Shown piece after piece: positions 18,594 through 26,113 of a stretch of DNA of 41,175 nt. This DNA is from a virus. Lineage: Duplodnaviria; Caudoviricetes. The notes below the pieces were generated by a model. That model was given only the letters and a program-made list of their open reading frames with translations. It had not been told where the DNA came from and did not search any database. The DNA lies in the IMG/VR virus record IMGVR_UViG_3300020045_012955, positions 1 through 41,175 of that record, one strand, 5' to 3'. The position numbers and the translations under genes were made by a program. The first letter of the stretch is position 1; every line of letters begins with the position of its first letter.

Positions 18594-18621
18594 AGTATAA
18601 CCAACATTATTCATTTGTCAA
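18594..18621 (-). promoter_or_regulatory. Sigma70-type promoter for a leaderless HNH mRNA
   Basis: Minus strand TTGACA-N16-TATACT-N7-ATG. Confidence 0.7.
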
Positions 18622-18627
18622 TTAACT

Positions 18628-19548
18628 ATGAGTTACGACCTATTTAAGGAAGCAAGAAACGCCCTCTCTTTCTCTCAGAACATGAGAGACAGGCTATCCC
18701 AAGGTATGAGCAACTATGCTTCTACATGGGATATGGCAGGGAATGTGGCACGTGAAACTGTTAAAGCCCCTCTGCGCGTGGGAGGCGCTATGGTAGATGT
18801 AGGCCGTCAGGCTATGGGGCAACAGCCATTACCACGTACTAACATCCCAGGATTAGGTGAATTTGCGACCCCTGCACGTAACACCTACGACGAGTCCATG
18901 CAAACCAACGACCCTATGCAGCTCGCTTCAATAGGGCTGAAGAACGCGTCAGGCGGTATCATGGACGCAGCAGCTACAGGCGGCATGGCAAACTTAGCCC
19001 AGCGAGCAATTAAGCCTCCTTACGAAGCAGCAAGTCAGATAGACAACCACACAAAGACAGCTGAGATGATGCTCAAGGAATTCAAGGAAATGGAGATTGC
19101 AGGAGGGAAGCCAGTCGATGTCGCAGGGATTATGAAACGACTCAAGGTCAATATCGTCGATGATGCAGCTTCCAAGGCTCCTGAGATCGCAAGAGAGATA
19201 GACAAGCTCGATATCTCCAAGTTCATATCACCGAAGCACTTTGCAGAAGCAGCACTCAAGAAAGCTGAGGGACTCGGCTCTATGAAGAGTGACCTCATCG
19301 CTGCTTCCATCCCTGGTACTGATGCAGCAGTTGACACGGCAATGGACTCTCTCGAAGGAGATGAGAGTGATGATGCCGCAGTTGAGGAACTGTCTGCAAT
19401 GGGAGTCCTCAGTATGGGGAAGAGAGAGAAAGCAGCATGGCAGAAGGAGGTTGATGCCCTTCACGAGAGGATCAAGAATACAAGGGATATTAAGAAGAGG
19501 TCAGGTTTAATCAAGGCATTCAGACTCTTCTCAAAACTCATTAAGTAA
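18628..19548 (+). CDS. Hypothetical protein, probably virion-internal, 306 aa
   Basis: Long A/M/K-rich helical ORF continuing the late operon. Confidence 0.6.
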   Translation: MSYDLFKEARNALSFSQNMRDRLSQGMSNYASTWDMAGNVARETVKAPLRVGGAMVDVGRQAMGQQPLPRTNIPGLGEFATPARNTYDESMQTNDPMQLASIGLKNASGGIMDAAATGGMANLAQRAIKPPYEAASQIDNHTKTAEMMLKEFKEMEIAGGKPVDVAGIMKRLKVNIVDDAASKAPEIAREIDKLDISKFISPKHFAEAALKKAEGLGSMKSDLIAASIPGTDAAVDTAMDSLEGDESDDAAVEELSAMGVLSMGKREKAAWQKEVDALHERIKNTRDIKKRSGLIKAFRLFSKLIK

Positions 19549-19550
19549 CT

Positions 19551-19832
19551 ATGAACAAGTGGGACATCCCAATCGAGTTGATTTGGGGAATCATCGCAAT
19601 CAGTGGAGGTATAGCACGTTACTTAAATTCCTATATTACAGGGCATAAATTTAAGCTCTCAATCTTTATAGCCTCTGCTCTCGTAGCAGGGTTCTCAGGC
19701 TATATGTTTGCTTTATTAGGTGAGACCCTGGTATTGCCAGCTAACATGACACACGTGATGGCAGGTGTTGGCGGCTTCTTTGGAGAACAAACAATGAAGT
19801 TAATCCTTGAATCAATAAAGAAAAAGGTATGA
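19551..19832 (+). CDS. Holin (LydA-like, three TM helices)
   Basis: GGIARYL, AGFSGYMF, AGVGGFFG, basic C-terminus; overlaps the endolysin. Confidence 0.75.
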   Translation: MNKWDIPIELIWGIIAISGGIARYLNSYITGHKFKLSIFIASALVAGFSGYMFALLGETLVLPANMTHVMAGVGGFFGEQTMKLILESIKKKV

Positions 19833-20431
19833 GTATCTTCTATAGACCTCTCATCCGTTGGCAGATTAATCAGAAGTTTGGACAGAACAAGGCATGTGTG
19901 GATAACGCTACGTCCTCAAAGGTCATCAACTGCGATGGCCTGAACCCTCCTCAGGGCTACCGCTCTGTCTATGGGAACATGAAGGGTCACAACGGACTCG
20001 ATCTTGATGCAAGGAACTGGGACGTAGTGTACGCAGCACGTGAGGGACTTGTCATTGAGAAAGAGACAGAAACGAGTCGTGGGCTTGGTATCGGCATCCT
20101 CCACGGACCGTATAACGGTAAGTTCTATAAGACACGATACTGGCACCTCATCGCCATCGATGTGAACTACGGAGACTTCGTGAAGACAGGCCAGATGATT
20201 GGCTACGCTGATACGACAGGCTTCTCCTCAGCTCCGCACCTCCACTTTGAAATTAAGGAAACAGACTCTAAAGGAAACACATTGAATAACGATAATGGCT
20301 TCTTTGGTGCTGTTGACCCTGAACCGCTACTCTTTCCTACACCTGCACGGGATGTCTCTCTCTTGAATGGAATGGTAGAGAGATTGGCCTCACTTGTCGA
20401 TAAAATGGCTGATTTGCTGAGAAAAAGGTAG
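19829..20431 (+). CDS. M23 peptidase endolysin
   Basis: HNGLD (HxxxD), YWHL, GFSSAPHLHF (HxH), AVDP. Confidence 0.9.
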   Translation: MSIFYRPLIRWQINQKFGQNKACVDNATSSKVINCDGLNPPQGYRSVYGNMKGHNGLDLDARNWDVVYAAREGLVIEKETETSRGLGIGILHGPYNGKFYKTRYWHLIAIDVNYGDFVKTGQMIGYADTTGFSSAPHLHFEIKETDSKGNTLNNDNGFFGAVDPEPLLFPTPARDVSLLNGMVERLASLVDKMADLLRKR

Positions 20432-20445
20432 CTGTGGATAACTCA

Positions 20446-20474
20446 TTGCGTCGAATTTTATTAGCCAATATCCT
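20446..20474 (+). promoter_or_regulatory. Promoter for a leaderless small membrane protein, preceded by a DnaA box
   Basis: TTGCGT-N17-TATCCT-N7-ATG(20482); TGTGGATAA at 20433-20441. Confidence 0.5.
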
Positions 20475-20481
20475 TAAAGTT

Positions 20482-20661
20482 ATGGCAGAGAAAGTATTTG
20501 CCTTACTTGGAAGCGTGCGATTTTGGATCGTCACCCTCACGGCGGTAATTTCCGTCTTGCAGGGGACTCCGCTTCTTGAGACAGTACAGATGTGGGCTGC
20601 GGCAGTTGTTGCCATCGGCTCACTCGACAGTGTCGCAAGTCGCTTCGCTGGTTCCAGGTAG
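20482..20661 (+). CDS. Small two-TM membrane protein (holin/antiholin-like)
   Basis: LLGSVRFWIVTL...AAVVAIGSLD; in the lysis module. Confidence 0.6.
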   Translation: MAEKVFALLGSVRFWIVTLTAVISVLQGTPLLETVQMWAAAVVAIGSLDSVASRFAGSR

Positions 20662-20787
20662 TACCGTAATGGCATTCCCCGTCCCGCCTAGTCGTCGGGT
20701 AGCTCGGACTCTCTGTAAGGAAATAAGAGTCGGAGCCAGAAGGGGTGAGAAGCGTCTGATTTACCTCACCCCTTCACGGGTTGGCTT

Positions 20788-21201
20788 GTTAAGAAGAATC
20801 TATATAAAATACTCATAGCGTTACTTGTCCCAGCATGTGTCGTCTTTGCCTCCCCTGTGAGTGCAGAGGCACCAAAAGAAAGTTTTATTGTTCAATGGGA
20901 TTCAGTTACTATCAGCCCCCCACCAAGAGATGAGAGGCTGTTCTCCTGTGTTAAATATGTTCGTTCACTGGGACTTCCTGTTCCTATGATTGCGACTCCC
21001 GCTGACCTTGAGCCGAACGCAGAGCCTCGCCCTGGAGCTGCAATCCTACTCGATTACAACCTCGCACATATTGCCCTGGTCACTTCACATGGAGATGGAG
21101 AAGTGTGTTTTACAGAATCAAACTTCATAGAAGGAGAAGTGACCAATCGTTGTTTACCTGAATCAGATCCGCATATTAGAGGTTTTTGGTTCCCCGGCTG
21201 A
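20788..21201 (+). CDS. Secreted CHAP-domain amidase/peptidase; start codon uncertain and apparently non-canonical
   Basis: SCVKYVR, PRPGA, HIALV, ESNF, IRGF give a CHAP Cys-His-Glu arrangement; an in-frame signal peptide KKNLYKILIALLVPACVVFASPVSA lies upstream of the GTG at 20857. Confidence 0.7.
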   Translation, partial: VKKNLYKILIALLVPACVVFASPVSAEAPKESFIVQWDSVTISPPPRDERLFSCVKYVRSLGLPVPMIATPADLEPNAEPRPGAAILLDYNLAHIALVTSHGDGEVCFTESNFIEGEVTNRCLPESDPHIRGFWFPG

Positions 21202-21246
21202 TAGCAGTGCGGGATTCCCAATGAAGAGAACCCCGCGCCCAGCTAT
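21201..21246. terminator. Possible hairpin between convergent transcripts
   Basis: ATAGC/GCTAT and GCGGG/CCCGC stems; no U-tract. Confidence 0.3.
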
Positions 21247-21248
21247 CG

Positions 21249-21644
21249 TCAGGCACTTGCCTCTCCAATCAATGGACGTGAACCGAATTGAACCACGGGC
21301 TGCGGAAACCGCACCCATTGACCGTTGTGCTCGAAGCCGAGGACGAGGACACGAAATACACCGTATACCTTGCCGTTGTGCTCGAGCCGTTGGGTCAGCT
21401 CACCCGGTATCAACGCCACCTTTCCGAGGGCGCATCGTGGAGGTTGCACGTCACCGTTCACCACCTTGATGCCGTCTGCGAGGGGTTTGTCCTTGCGGAT
21501 AACCTCATCGAAGAGCGAGACGACTTCGCTTTCGGCGTCGCAAAACACACCGATAGCGACCTGTAATTGTTGTGCCTTCGCCGGAACGAAAGACGCTACG
21601 ACGATGCAAAACGCCAACAACAGCATTTCTGGAATGTACCTCAC
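21249..21644 (-). CDS. Secreted/periplasmic hypothetical protein
   Basis: Signal peptide LLLAFCIVVASFVPAKA; SD-like AAGGGAAAGG upstream of GTG 21644 (alternative ATG at 21626). Confidence 0.55.
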   Translation of the reverse strand: MRYIPEMLLLAFCIVVASFVPAKAQQLQVAIGVFCDAESEVVSLFDEVIRKDKPLADGIKVVNGDVQPPRCALGKVALIPGELTQRLEHNGKVYGVFRVLVLGFEHNGQWVRFPQPVVQFGSRPLIGEASA

Positions 21645-21768
21645 TAGGCACCTTTCCCTTTCTCCCACATCTCTCGATGGGGCTACGATCCTAGACCGAA
21701 GTCCAATAACGAGATGGTCGGAGTTTGATGCTTTACAGTCGTAAACTCCGTGAAACCGACTATCGGGA

Positions 21769-21957
21769 TTACTCCCGAACCTTTGGCTTCTTGGGATTGA
21801 ACGGGTCAGCCACCATGATGAGGAGATTGTTTTGCTCTGCCCACTCCTGCGCACAGGTGTATGAACAGAACAGGTTGTCGCCTACATACACGTGATACTT
21901 TCTCGTATCAACCAAGTCACCACAAAGGGGGTAATGACAAAACTTGTCTTTAGGCAT
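21769..21957 (-). CDS. Small zinc-finger (TRASH/FCS-like) protein
   Basis: CHYPLCG...FCSYTC; GAGGA upstream of ATG 21957. Confidence 0.55.
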   Translation of the reverse strand: MPKDKFCHYPLCGDLVDTRKYHVYVGDNLFCSYTCAQEWAEQNNLLIMVADPFNPKKPKVRE

Positions 21958-22045
21958 CTCGCACCCTATGTCCTCAAACAGACCAACGCTGATGAGGGTA
22001 CGTGGTACTAGAGTCGCGCCACGAACTCTCCCCGGCTTTCCTAAA

Positions 22046-22054
22046 ATTGTAACA
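22046..22054 (-). promoter_or_regulatory. Extended -10 promoter for the 21.2-22.0 kb cassette
   Basis: Minus strand TGtTACAAT in AT-rich context. Confidence 0.4.
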
Positions 22055-22170
22055 TGAAAATTTGATGAACAACCCAATGTGAGGGATAGAATGGGTTCTT
22101 TCGCCAGCTCTTTCGAGCGACGCCGCAGGTTCCCCTTTTGGCAATCCTTCTATCCCTCGCAGCGGGTTAC

Positions 22171-22350
22171 TCAAAGGCGGGTGGGATACAGATAGGTCTT
22201 CATAAAGCTTTCTATTTGTTGAGTGGTCAGGTAGTAGTCATTTTTGTCGCCGACTGTTTGCTTGTTTTTCATTGCAAATAACATCATCTCTCCAAGCATC
22301 GTGGCAAACGCAAGATTCTTCTCCATGCCTTGTTTTTTCATATCTCTCAT
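22171..22350 (-). CDS. Small hypothetical protein, 59 aa
   Basis: Manual translation MRDMKKQGMEKNLAFATMLGEMMLFAMK...YLYPTRL*; not in the ORF track. Confidence 0.5.
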   Translation of the reverse strand: MRDMKKQGMEKNLAFATMLGEMMLFAMKNKQTVGDKNDYYLTTQQIESFMKTYLYPTRL

Positions 22351-22376
22351 GTGTGCTAGTTATTTGGTATTGTCGT

Positions 22377-23042
22377 CTATGGCTTTGGAAACAGCCAGTA
22401 AATGATGTCTTCATTAGTAACAAGATTCTTTGGGTCTTTTATACGATCTTCGTTGAGCCATTGCCGCAGAAAGCCGATGTTGTTTTGTATCTCCCGCTTC
22501 TGTTGGGTGAGGGTGCGTTCGATGAATTCTTCAATGGAGTCTTGTGTAGCGAGATAGAACGCCAGATTAGGACGGCTTGCTTTGAAGACGCCGTACGCTG
22601 TGGTTACGGAACCTGTAATAAGGCCATTATCATCGGGCGATTTTACAAGGTAGAGGTCGCGCAATCCCTCTCTCCATCCCTTCTCTTTAGGGGCGGCAGG
22701 GCAGTCTTTATAATGCTCACCTTTCATAAGAGCAGAATACCCGCGATTGCCGCATAGACATATCTCATTCACCCCCTTCTCGCTATCGGGGGTGATGATG
22801 CCTCGTATTTGTTCAATCATTTCGAGATTCTTATCACAGCCATCACATCCACCCTCGCGAACTCGTTCGTTGGAATTGAAGGCAGTCAATATCCTCTCCC
22901 GCTCCTCCTCCCGTATCAGCTTCTCATGTTCGAGGAAGAGGGTGAGGAGTTTTGGGCGAGCATAGAATATATTAAGCTGGCCGCGCTCGGTGCTATCGCG
23001 CAATATCTTTTCCACCTTCTGAATAAAGTCGTTGGTGTTCAT
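22377..23042 (-). CDS. Hypothetical early protein, 221 aa
   Basis: ATGA overlap with the YopX gene; CDGC and CLCG motifs. Confidence 0.65.
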   Translation of the reverse strand: MNTNDFIQKVEKILRDSTERGQLNIFYARPKLLTLFLEHEKLIREEERERILTAFNSNERVREGGCDGCDKNLEMIEQIRGIITPDSEKGVNEICLCGNRGYSALMKGEHYKDCPAAPKEKGWREGLRDLYLVKSPDDNGLITGSVTTAYGVFKASRPNLAFYLATQDSIEEFIERTLTQQKREIQNNIGFLRQWLNEDRIKDPKNLVTNEDIIYWLFPKP

Positions 23043-23461
23043 ACAGTCTTGTTAGTGAGTAGTTCGGGGTTCTCGTAGATGTTGCCGATGATTTCGACAG
23101 AGTATCTGTATAGAGGCTCGAAGTCTTGGCCTGTCTCACCAATACCGAGACTACCGCGCTCAAATCTCACAGGCAATGTAGAATCACCTGTTACTATAAC
23201 ATCCCCCTCATATATCTCCTTGCCGTTCTTATCCTTGAGGCCGGTGAATTGCATGAGGACATGATTACTTGGAGAGGATTTATATTGTGCCGCAATAGAA
23301 ACTGTGTCAGGACTTACTTGGTCTTCCGTTGTTGGCTCTCTCCACGTCTCCATCGTTACAAACCATCCCCACTCTCCATCATGCCCAGACGACATACTAA
23401 CCACGTCACACATTTGTTTCTTTTCTTTGTCCCACGCACGAAATTTAATTTCTCGGTTCAT
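23039..23461 (-). CDS. YopX-family protein
   Basis: REIKFRAWD, MQFTGLKDKNGKEIYEGD, EIIGNIYENPELL. Confidence 0.92.
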   Translation of the reverse strand: MNREIKFRAWDKEKKQMCDVVSMSSGHDGEWGWFVTMETWREPTTEDQVSPDTVSIAAQYKSSPSNHVLMQFTGLKDKNGKEIYEGDVIVTGDSTLPVRFERGSLGIGETGQDFEPLYRYSVEIIGNIYENPELLTNKTV

Positions 23462-23766
23462 ACCTTTTCATTTGCTAGTCCCTTAAAGAATGATTCGATG
23501 TCGCCGCCATACCCGTTGTAGATGAAGAATTTTTCTCGCAGTTTCAGCCCGTTTAGTTTTCTCGCTCGTCCTAAGCATTTCCACCAATCCACCTCCAACA
23601 ACATCTGATGCACCGTCACAAGCTGTGAGTGATGTCCTTCTTGTGTGCAGAGAAACTGGTCGCCTCTTTGAATACAGAACACCGTGCCGCCATTCCATTT
23701 GTAGCCGCCCTTTACTGCGTCTTCTACTGCTTTCTCGAAGTAAGTGAGGGGGGTGGTTGGGGTCAT
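23458..23766 (-). CDS. Hypothetical protein, 102 aa
   Basis: AVEDAVKGGY...WWKCLGRA; coupled overlaps with neighbours. Confidence 0.65.
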   Translation of the reverse strand: MTPTTPLTYFEKAVEDAVKGGYKWNGGTVFCIQRGDQFLCTQEGHHSQLVTVHQMLLEVDWWKCLGRARKLNGLKLREKFFIYNGYGGDIESFFKGLANEKV

Positions 23767-23769
23767 ACG

Positions 23770-24339
23770 CTAGAACGGTACGTCGTCAGGATCTGGAGCG
23801 TCAGGACCGTATGCTGCTTTCTTGTAATCGTAGTTTCCTTCTCGTGCTTCTTCCTTCACTTCTTTCTTACCCTTAATCTTTTCAATGATTTGTTCAGGGG
23901 TTGGCTTTGATTTCAACTCTTTCAAGAGTTCAGCACTGACAGGAGTCTCCTTACGAGAAGCGATGACAGTGTATTCAACCTCCTTTGTCCCTGCTCCCTT
24001 CGCTTTGATGTTAATTGCGTAGGGCATAGGGAAGGAGTCGAACGCAGTCTCTTCATCGAGTTGGTATGCTCGGATCGCTTTAATCACCGTGTAGGGCAAT
24101 TTAGCTTGTTTAATCACACCATCCTGCAAGAGCCAGCATACCCCCTTAATCGAGGCTCCCTTCTCTCCTTCGACAGCTGCTCGGTATGTCTTCGTAGAAG
24201 GCTCGTAGACCTGCGCGAGAGGAGGACAGTGCGTAAGAATCTGCACACGATTATCACCTTCGACAATCTTGAAATAACCTTTCTCGTACTCTTCTTCCTT
24301 AACTTTCTCTACTTCATCAATCCATGACATTGGGTCCAT
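23770..24339 (-). CDS. Putative single-stranded DNA-binding protein
   Basis: YFKIVEGDNRVQIL, IKAKGAGTKEVEYTV, acidic SSB-type tail PDDVPF. Confidence 0.6.
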   Translation of the reverse strand: MDPMSWIDEVEKVKEEEYEKGYFKIVEGDNRVQILTHCPPLAQVYEPSTKTYRAAVEGEKGASIKGVCWLLQDGVIKQAKLPYTVIKAIRAYQLDEETAFDSFPMPYAINIKAKGAGTKEVEYTVIASRKETPVSAELLKELKSKPTPEQIIEKIKGKKEVKEEAREGNYDYKKAAYGPDAPDPDDVPF

Positions 24340-24341
24340 AT

Positions 24342-24641
24342 TTATTCTGTTATCTTTGGTAATTTGCTTTCTCGTGCTTCTGCACGGTTCAAAGCCCTCT
24401 TAATAACTTGCACTGCAAACTTCTGTAGGTCACTCATTGCTTGATACGTTTCAACATGATTAGCCTCACCTGATAATTGCCTATCAATGAAACCATTGTA
24501 GTCACGATCCGCAATCCCCGTCTGATTCATGTTCATCTGGAGTGCCTTTCTGTGTTCCTCGAATATCTCTTCCATTGTCCCTTCTACCTGGAACTCTATG
24601 TAGCAGTATTCTTTGGTTGCGATTCTAATGTCAGCTTTCAT
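24342..24641 (-). CDS. Hypothetical protein (MKADIRIATKEY...)
   Basis: ATG 1 nt after the upstream stop. Confidence 0.6.
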   Translation of the reverse strand: MKADIRIATKEYCYIEFQVEGTMEEIFEEHRKALQMNMNQTGIADRDYNGFIDRQLSGEANHVETYQAMSDLQKFAVQVIKRALNRAEARESKLPKITE

Positions 24642-24642
24642 A

Positions 24643-24852
24643 CTATCTTTTGATGAAGACTTCTGGTTCCACCTCTTTATATCCTCGTGAATCATGTGGC
24701 AATCGACCATGCTCCAACAACCATTCCTCGTAGCGTTCTGCGAGCCTCCATTCATTCCTTGTTCCAATCCAAGCCATGCCTTCTTGTCCCCCGAGACCAC
24801 ACAACGTAAGTCCTGCCTTAATCTTGCCCTGAATTGCTGCTGCTGTAGTCAT
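24643..24852 (-). CDS. Hypothetical protein (MTTAAAIQGK...)
   Basis: ATG 1 nt after the upstream stop. Confidence 0.55.
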   Translation of the reverse strand: MTTAAAIQGKIKAGLTLCGLGGQEGMAWIGTRNEWRLAERYEEWLLEHGRLPHDSRGYKEVEPEVFIKR

Positions 24853-24853
24853 A

Positions 24854-25441
24854 TTAGTCAATTTTAATTCCTTTTGCCTCTCTAATAAGGTTAATGTACA
24901 ACTGACCCTCTGCCTCGTGTTTACGGAACCCAGTCCACAACTTCGCACAGCCCTTAACTTTGATTGCACAGTCCAAGAAGAAGCGGCGTGAGCTTTCATT
25001 ACCCTCCGCAATATCCCGCGCTTCTTTCTCGGTGATTTCAACACCATGCAACTCTTTCCACTTTCCAATCAGAGTCGGCAATTTCGTCTGGCGTGGCCCG
25101 TTTGAATAGCACTCCTGATTTACTTTCCCTCCTCGCTTAAAACACTTCGACACGACCGTTCCATCATCTACCCAGCTTTGTGGCGGGTCGAAGGTTTGAA
25201 AGATTTCCCCTTCTTTCATTACATGGTTCTTACTCTCTTCCATCCACACTAACGCATCGAGTTTTGTTTCCAATTGTTCTACTGACAAGCCCTCGAATGG
25301 CGCTACCTCTGATGCCTCGGCTACCTGGAAGGAATTTGACGCCTCCAACTGCTTCGGCACCCACACTTCACCAAGGTTGAGCGCTACTGCACCGATACCA
25401 ATGAGTGCAAGTGCTATTACGATTCTAATGATTTTCTTCAT
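24854..25441 (-). CDS. Membrane-anchored/secreted protein with a possible lysozyme-like (lytic transglycosylase) fold
   Basis: N-terminal signal/TM; LDALVWMEES and SNGPRQ resemble SLT motifs I and II. Confidence 0.5.
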   Translation of the reverse strand: MKKIIRIVIALALIGIGAVALNLGEVWVPKQLEASNSFQVAEASEVAPFEGLSVEQLETKLDALVWMEESKNHVMKEGEIFQTFDPPQSWVDDGTVVSKCFKRGGKVNQECYSNGPRQTKLPTLIGKWKELHGVEITEKEARDIAEGNESSRRFFLDCAIKVKGCAKLWTGFRKHEAEGQLYINLIREAKGIKID

Positions 25442-25442
25442 G

Positions 25443-25601
25443 TTATTGATTTGCGCGCGCCTTTTTAATCTGTTCTTTCATCTCCCCTGACACAATGTCC
25501 GAGTAGTCGTACATGTGTTCTGCGAACTCAAGTGCCTTATCCCATTTCTTCTCTTCCAGTGAGTCAACGAAGTCGGCATAGATTGCTTCCATCGTTCTCA
25601 T
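25443..25601 (-). CDS. Small acidic helical protein, 52 aa; first gene of the leftward operon
   Basis: Manual translation MRTMEAIYADFVDSLEEKKWDKALEFAEH...ARANQ*; stop is 1 nt before the next ATG. Confidence 0.55.
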   Translation of the reverse strand: MRTMEAIYADFVDSLEEKKWDKALEFAEHMYDYSDIVSGEMKEQIKKARANQ

Positions 25602-25629
25602 TGTTGCTGAATTGATTGACATATTTTCT

Positions 25630-25857
25630 AATTAAGCGGTTAAGTTCTCCCCGCTTGTTTCCCTTCCTCGCCGCCTTGTGAGTAAGCGAGGAGGAAAGGA
25701 ACACAAGACCTATAGAGCGACCTGTAAGCAGGTCAGAGAGCCACATGGCGTTGAGGGAAGCCCTGTGGGAAGCGCAAGCACGATTTAGTAGTTTGACTAA
25801 CATAAAACTTGCGCTTCCCAGGTGGACTGCCCAGACGGTTGCAGCTCTCTTTGCTCT
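25630..25857 (-). ncRNA. Long structured 5' leader or small RNA of the leftward transcript
   Basis: Perfect 13-bp stem 25766-25778/25808-25820; further stems 25719-25734, 25665-25692, 25634-25656. Confidence 0.45.
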
Positions 25858-25863
25858 TTTGCT

Positions 25864-25892
25864 AGGTTAGCAGGTGTACAAGGTTGTGTCAA
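25864..25892 (-). promoter_or_regulatory. Leftward promoter PL
   Basis: Minus strand TTGACA-N17-TAACCT with an extended -10 TG. Confidence 0.75.
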
Positions 25893-25918
25893 ACAAGAGG
25901 GTGTGGACAAGTGTACAA

Positions 25919-25946
25919 TGGACAAAGATTCTTTCTATGGTATATT
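25919..25946 (+). promoter_or_regulatory. Rightward promoter PR (leaderless)
   Basis: TGGACA-N16-TATATT with an extended -10 TG; ATG 7 nt later at 25954. Confidence 0.7.
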
Positions 25947-25953
25947 GCCCGTA

Positions 25954-26112
25954 ATGCCAGAGGAAACGCGGAGGAATAGGGAAATCTTCGATTACAATGT
26001 AAAGGGTCTCGGAGCACGGAGGCTTGCCAAAGTGTACAATATTACCCCACAAAGGGTGAGTCAGATTATTAAGGCACAACGTAAGAAAGTTTCCCCGGGA
26101 AACTCGAACTAA
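25954..26112 (+). CDS. Small HTH regulator (Mor/Cro-like), 52 aa
   Basis: RRNREI...GARRLAKVYNITPQRVSQII. Confidence 0.75.
   Translation: MPEETRRNREIFDYNVKGLGARRLAKVYNITPQRVSQIIKAQRKKVSPGNSN
26088..26104. repeat. 17-bp palindrome AGTTTCCCCGGGAAACT, copy 1
   Basis: Exact copy at the end of the HTH gene, 9 nt before the recA-like ATG. Confidence 0.95.
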
Positions 26113-26113
26113 C

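Noticed and set aside
17894-18625. 243-aa plus-strand ORF
   Set aside because: Antisense shadow of the HNH gene, which has clear motifs and its own promoter.
20669-22200. Possible tRNA genes among the hairpin-rich spacers
   Set aside because: No cloverleaf with T-loop and acceptor stem could be built by eye; tRNAscan-SE would settle it.
22238-22423. 61-aa minus-strand ORF in the track
   Set aside because: Overlaps the 221-aa gene; another frame (22171-22350) gives a cleaner non-overlapping ORF.
25564-25803. 79-aa minus-strand ORF after PL
   Set aside because: Runs through strong RNA stems and overlaps a better-coupled 52-aa ORF; treated as leader RNA.
25822-25953. N-terminal extension of the HTH ORF in the ORF track
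   Set aside because: Covers both promoters; ATG 25954 fits the leaderless geometry.
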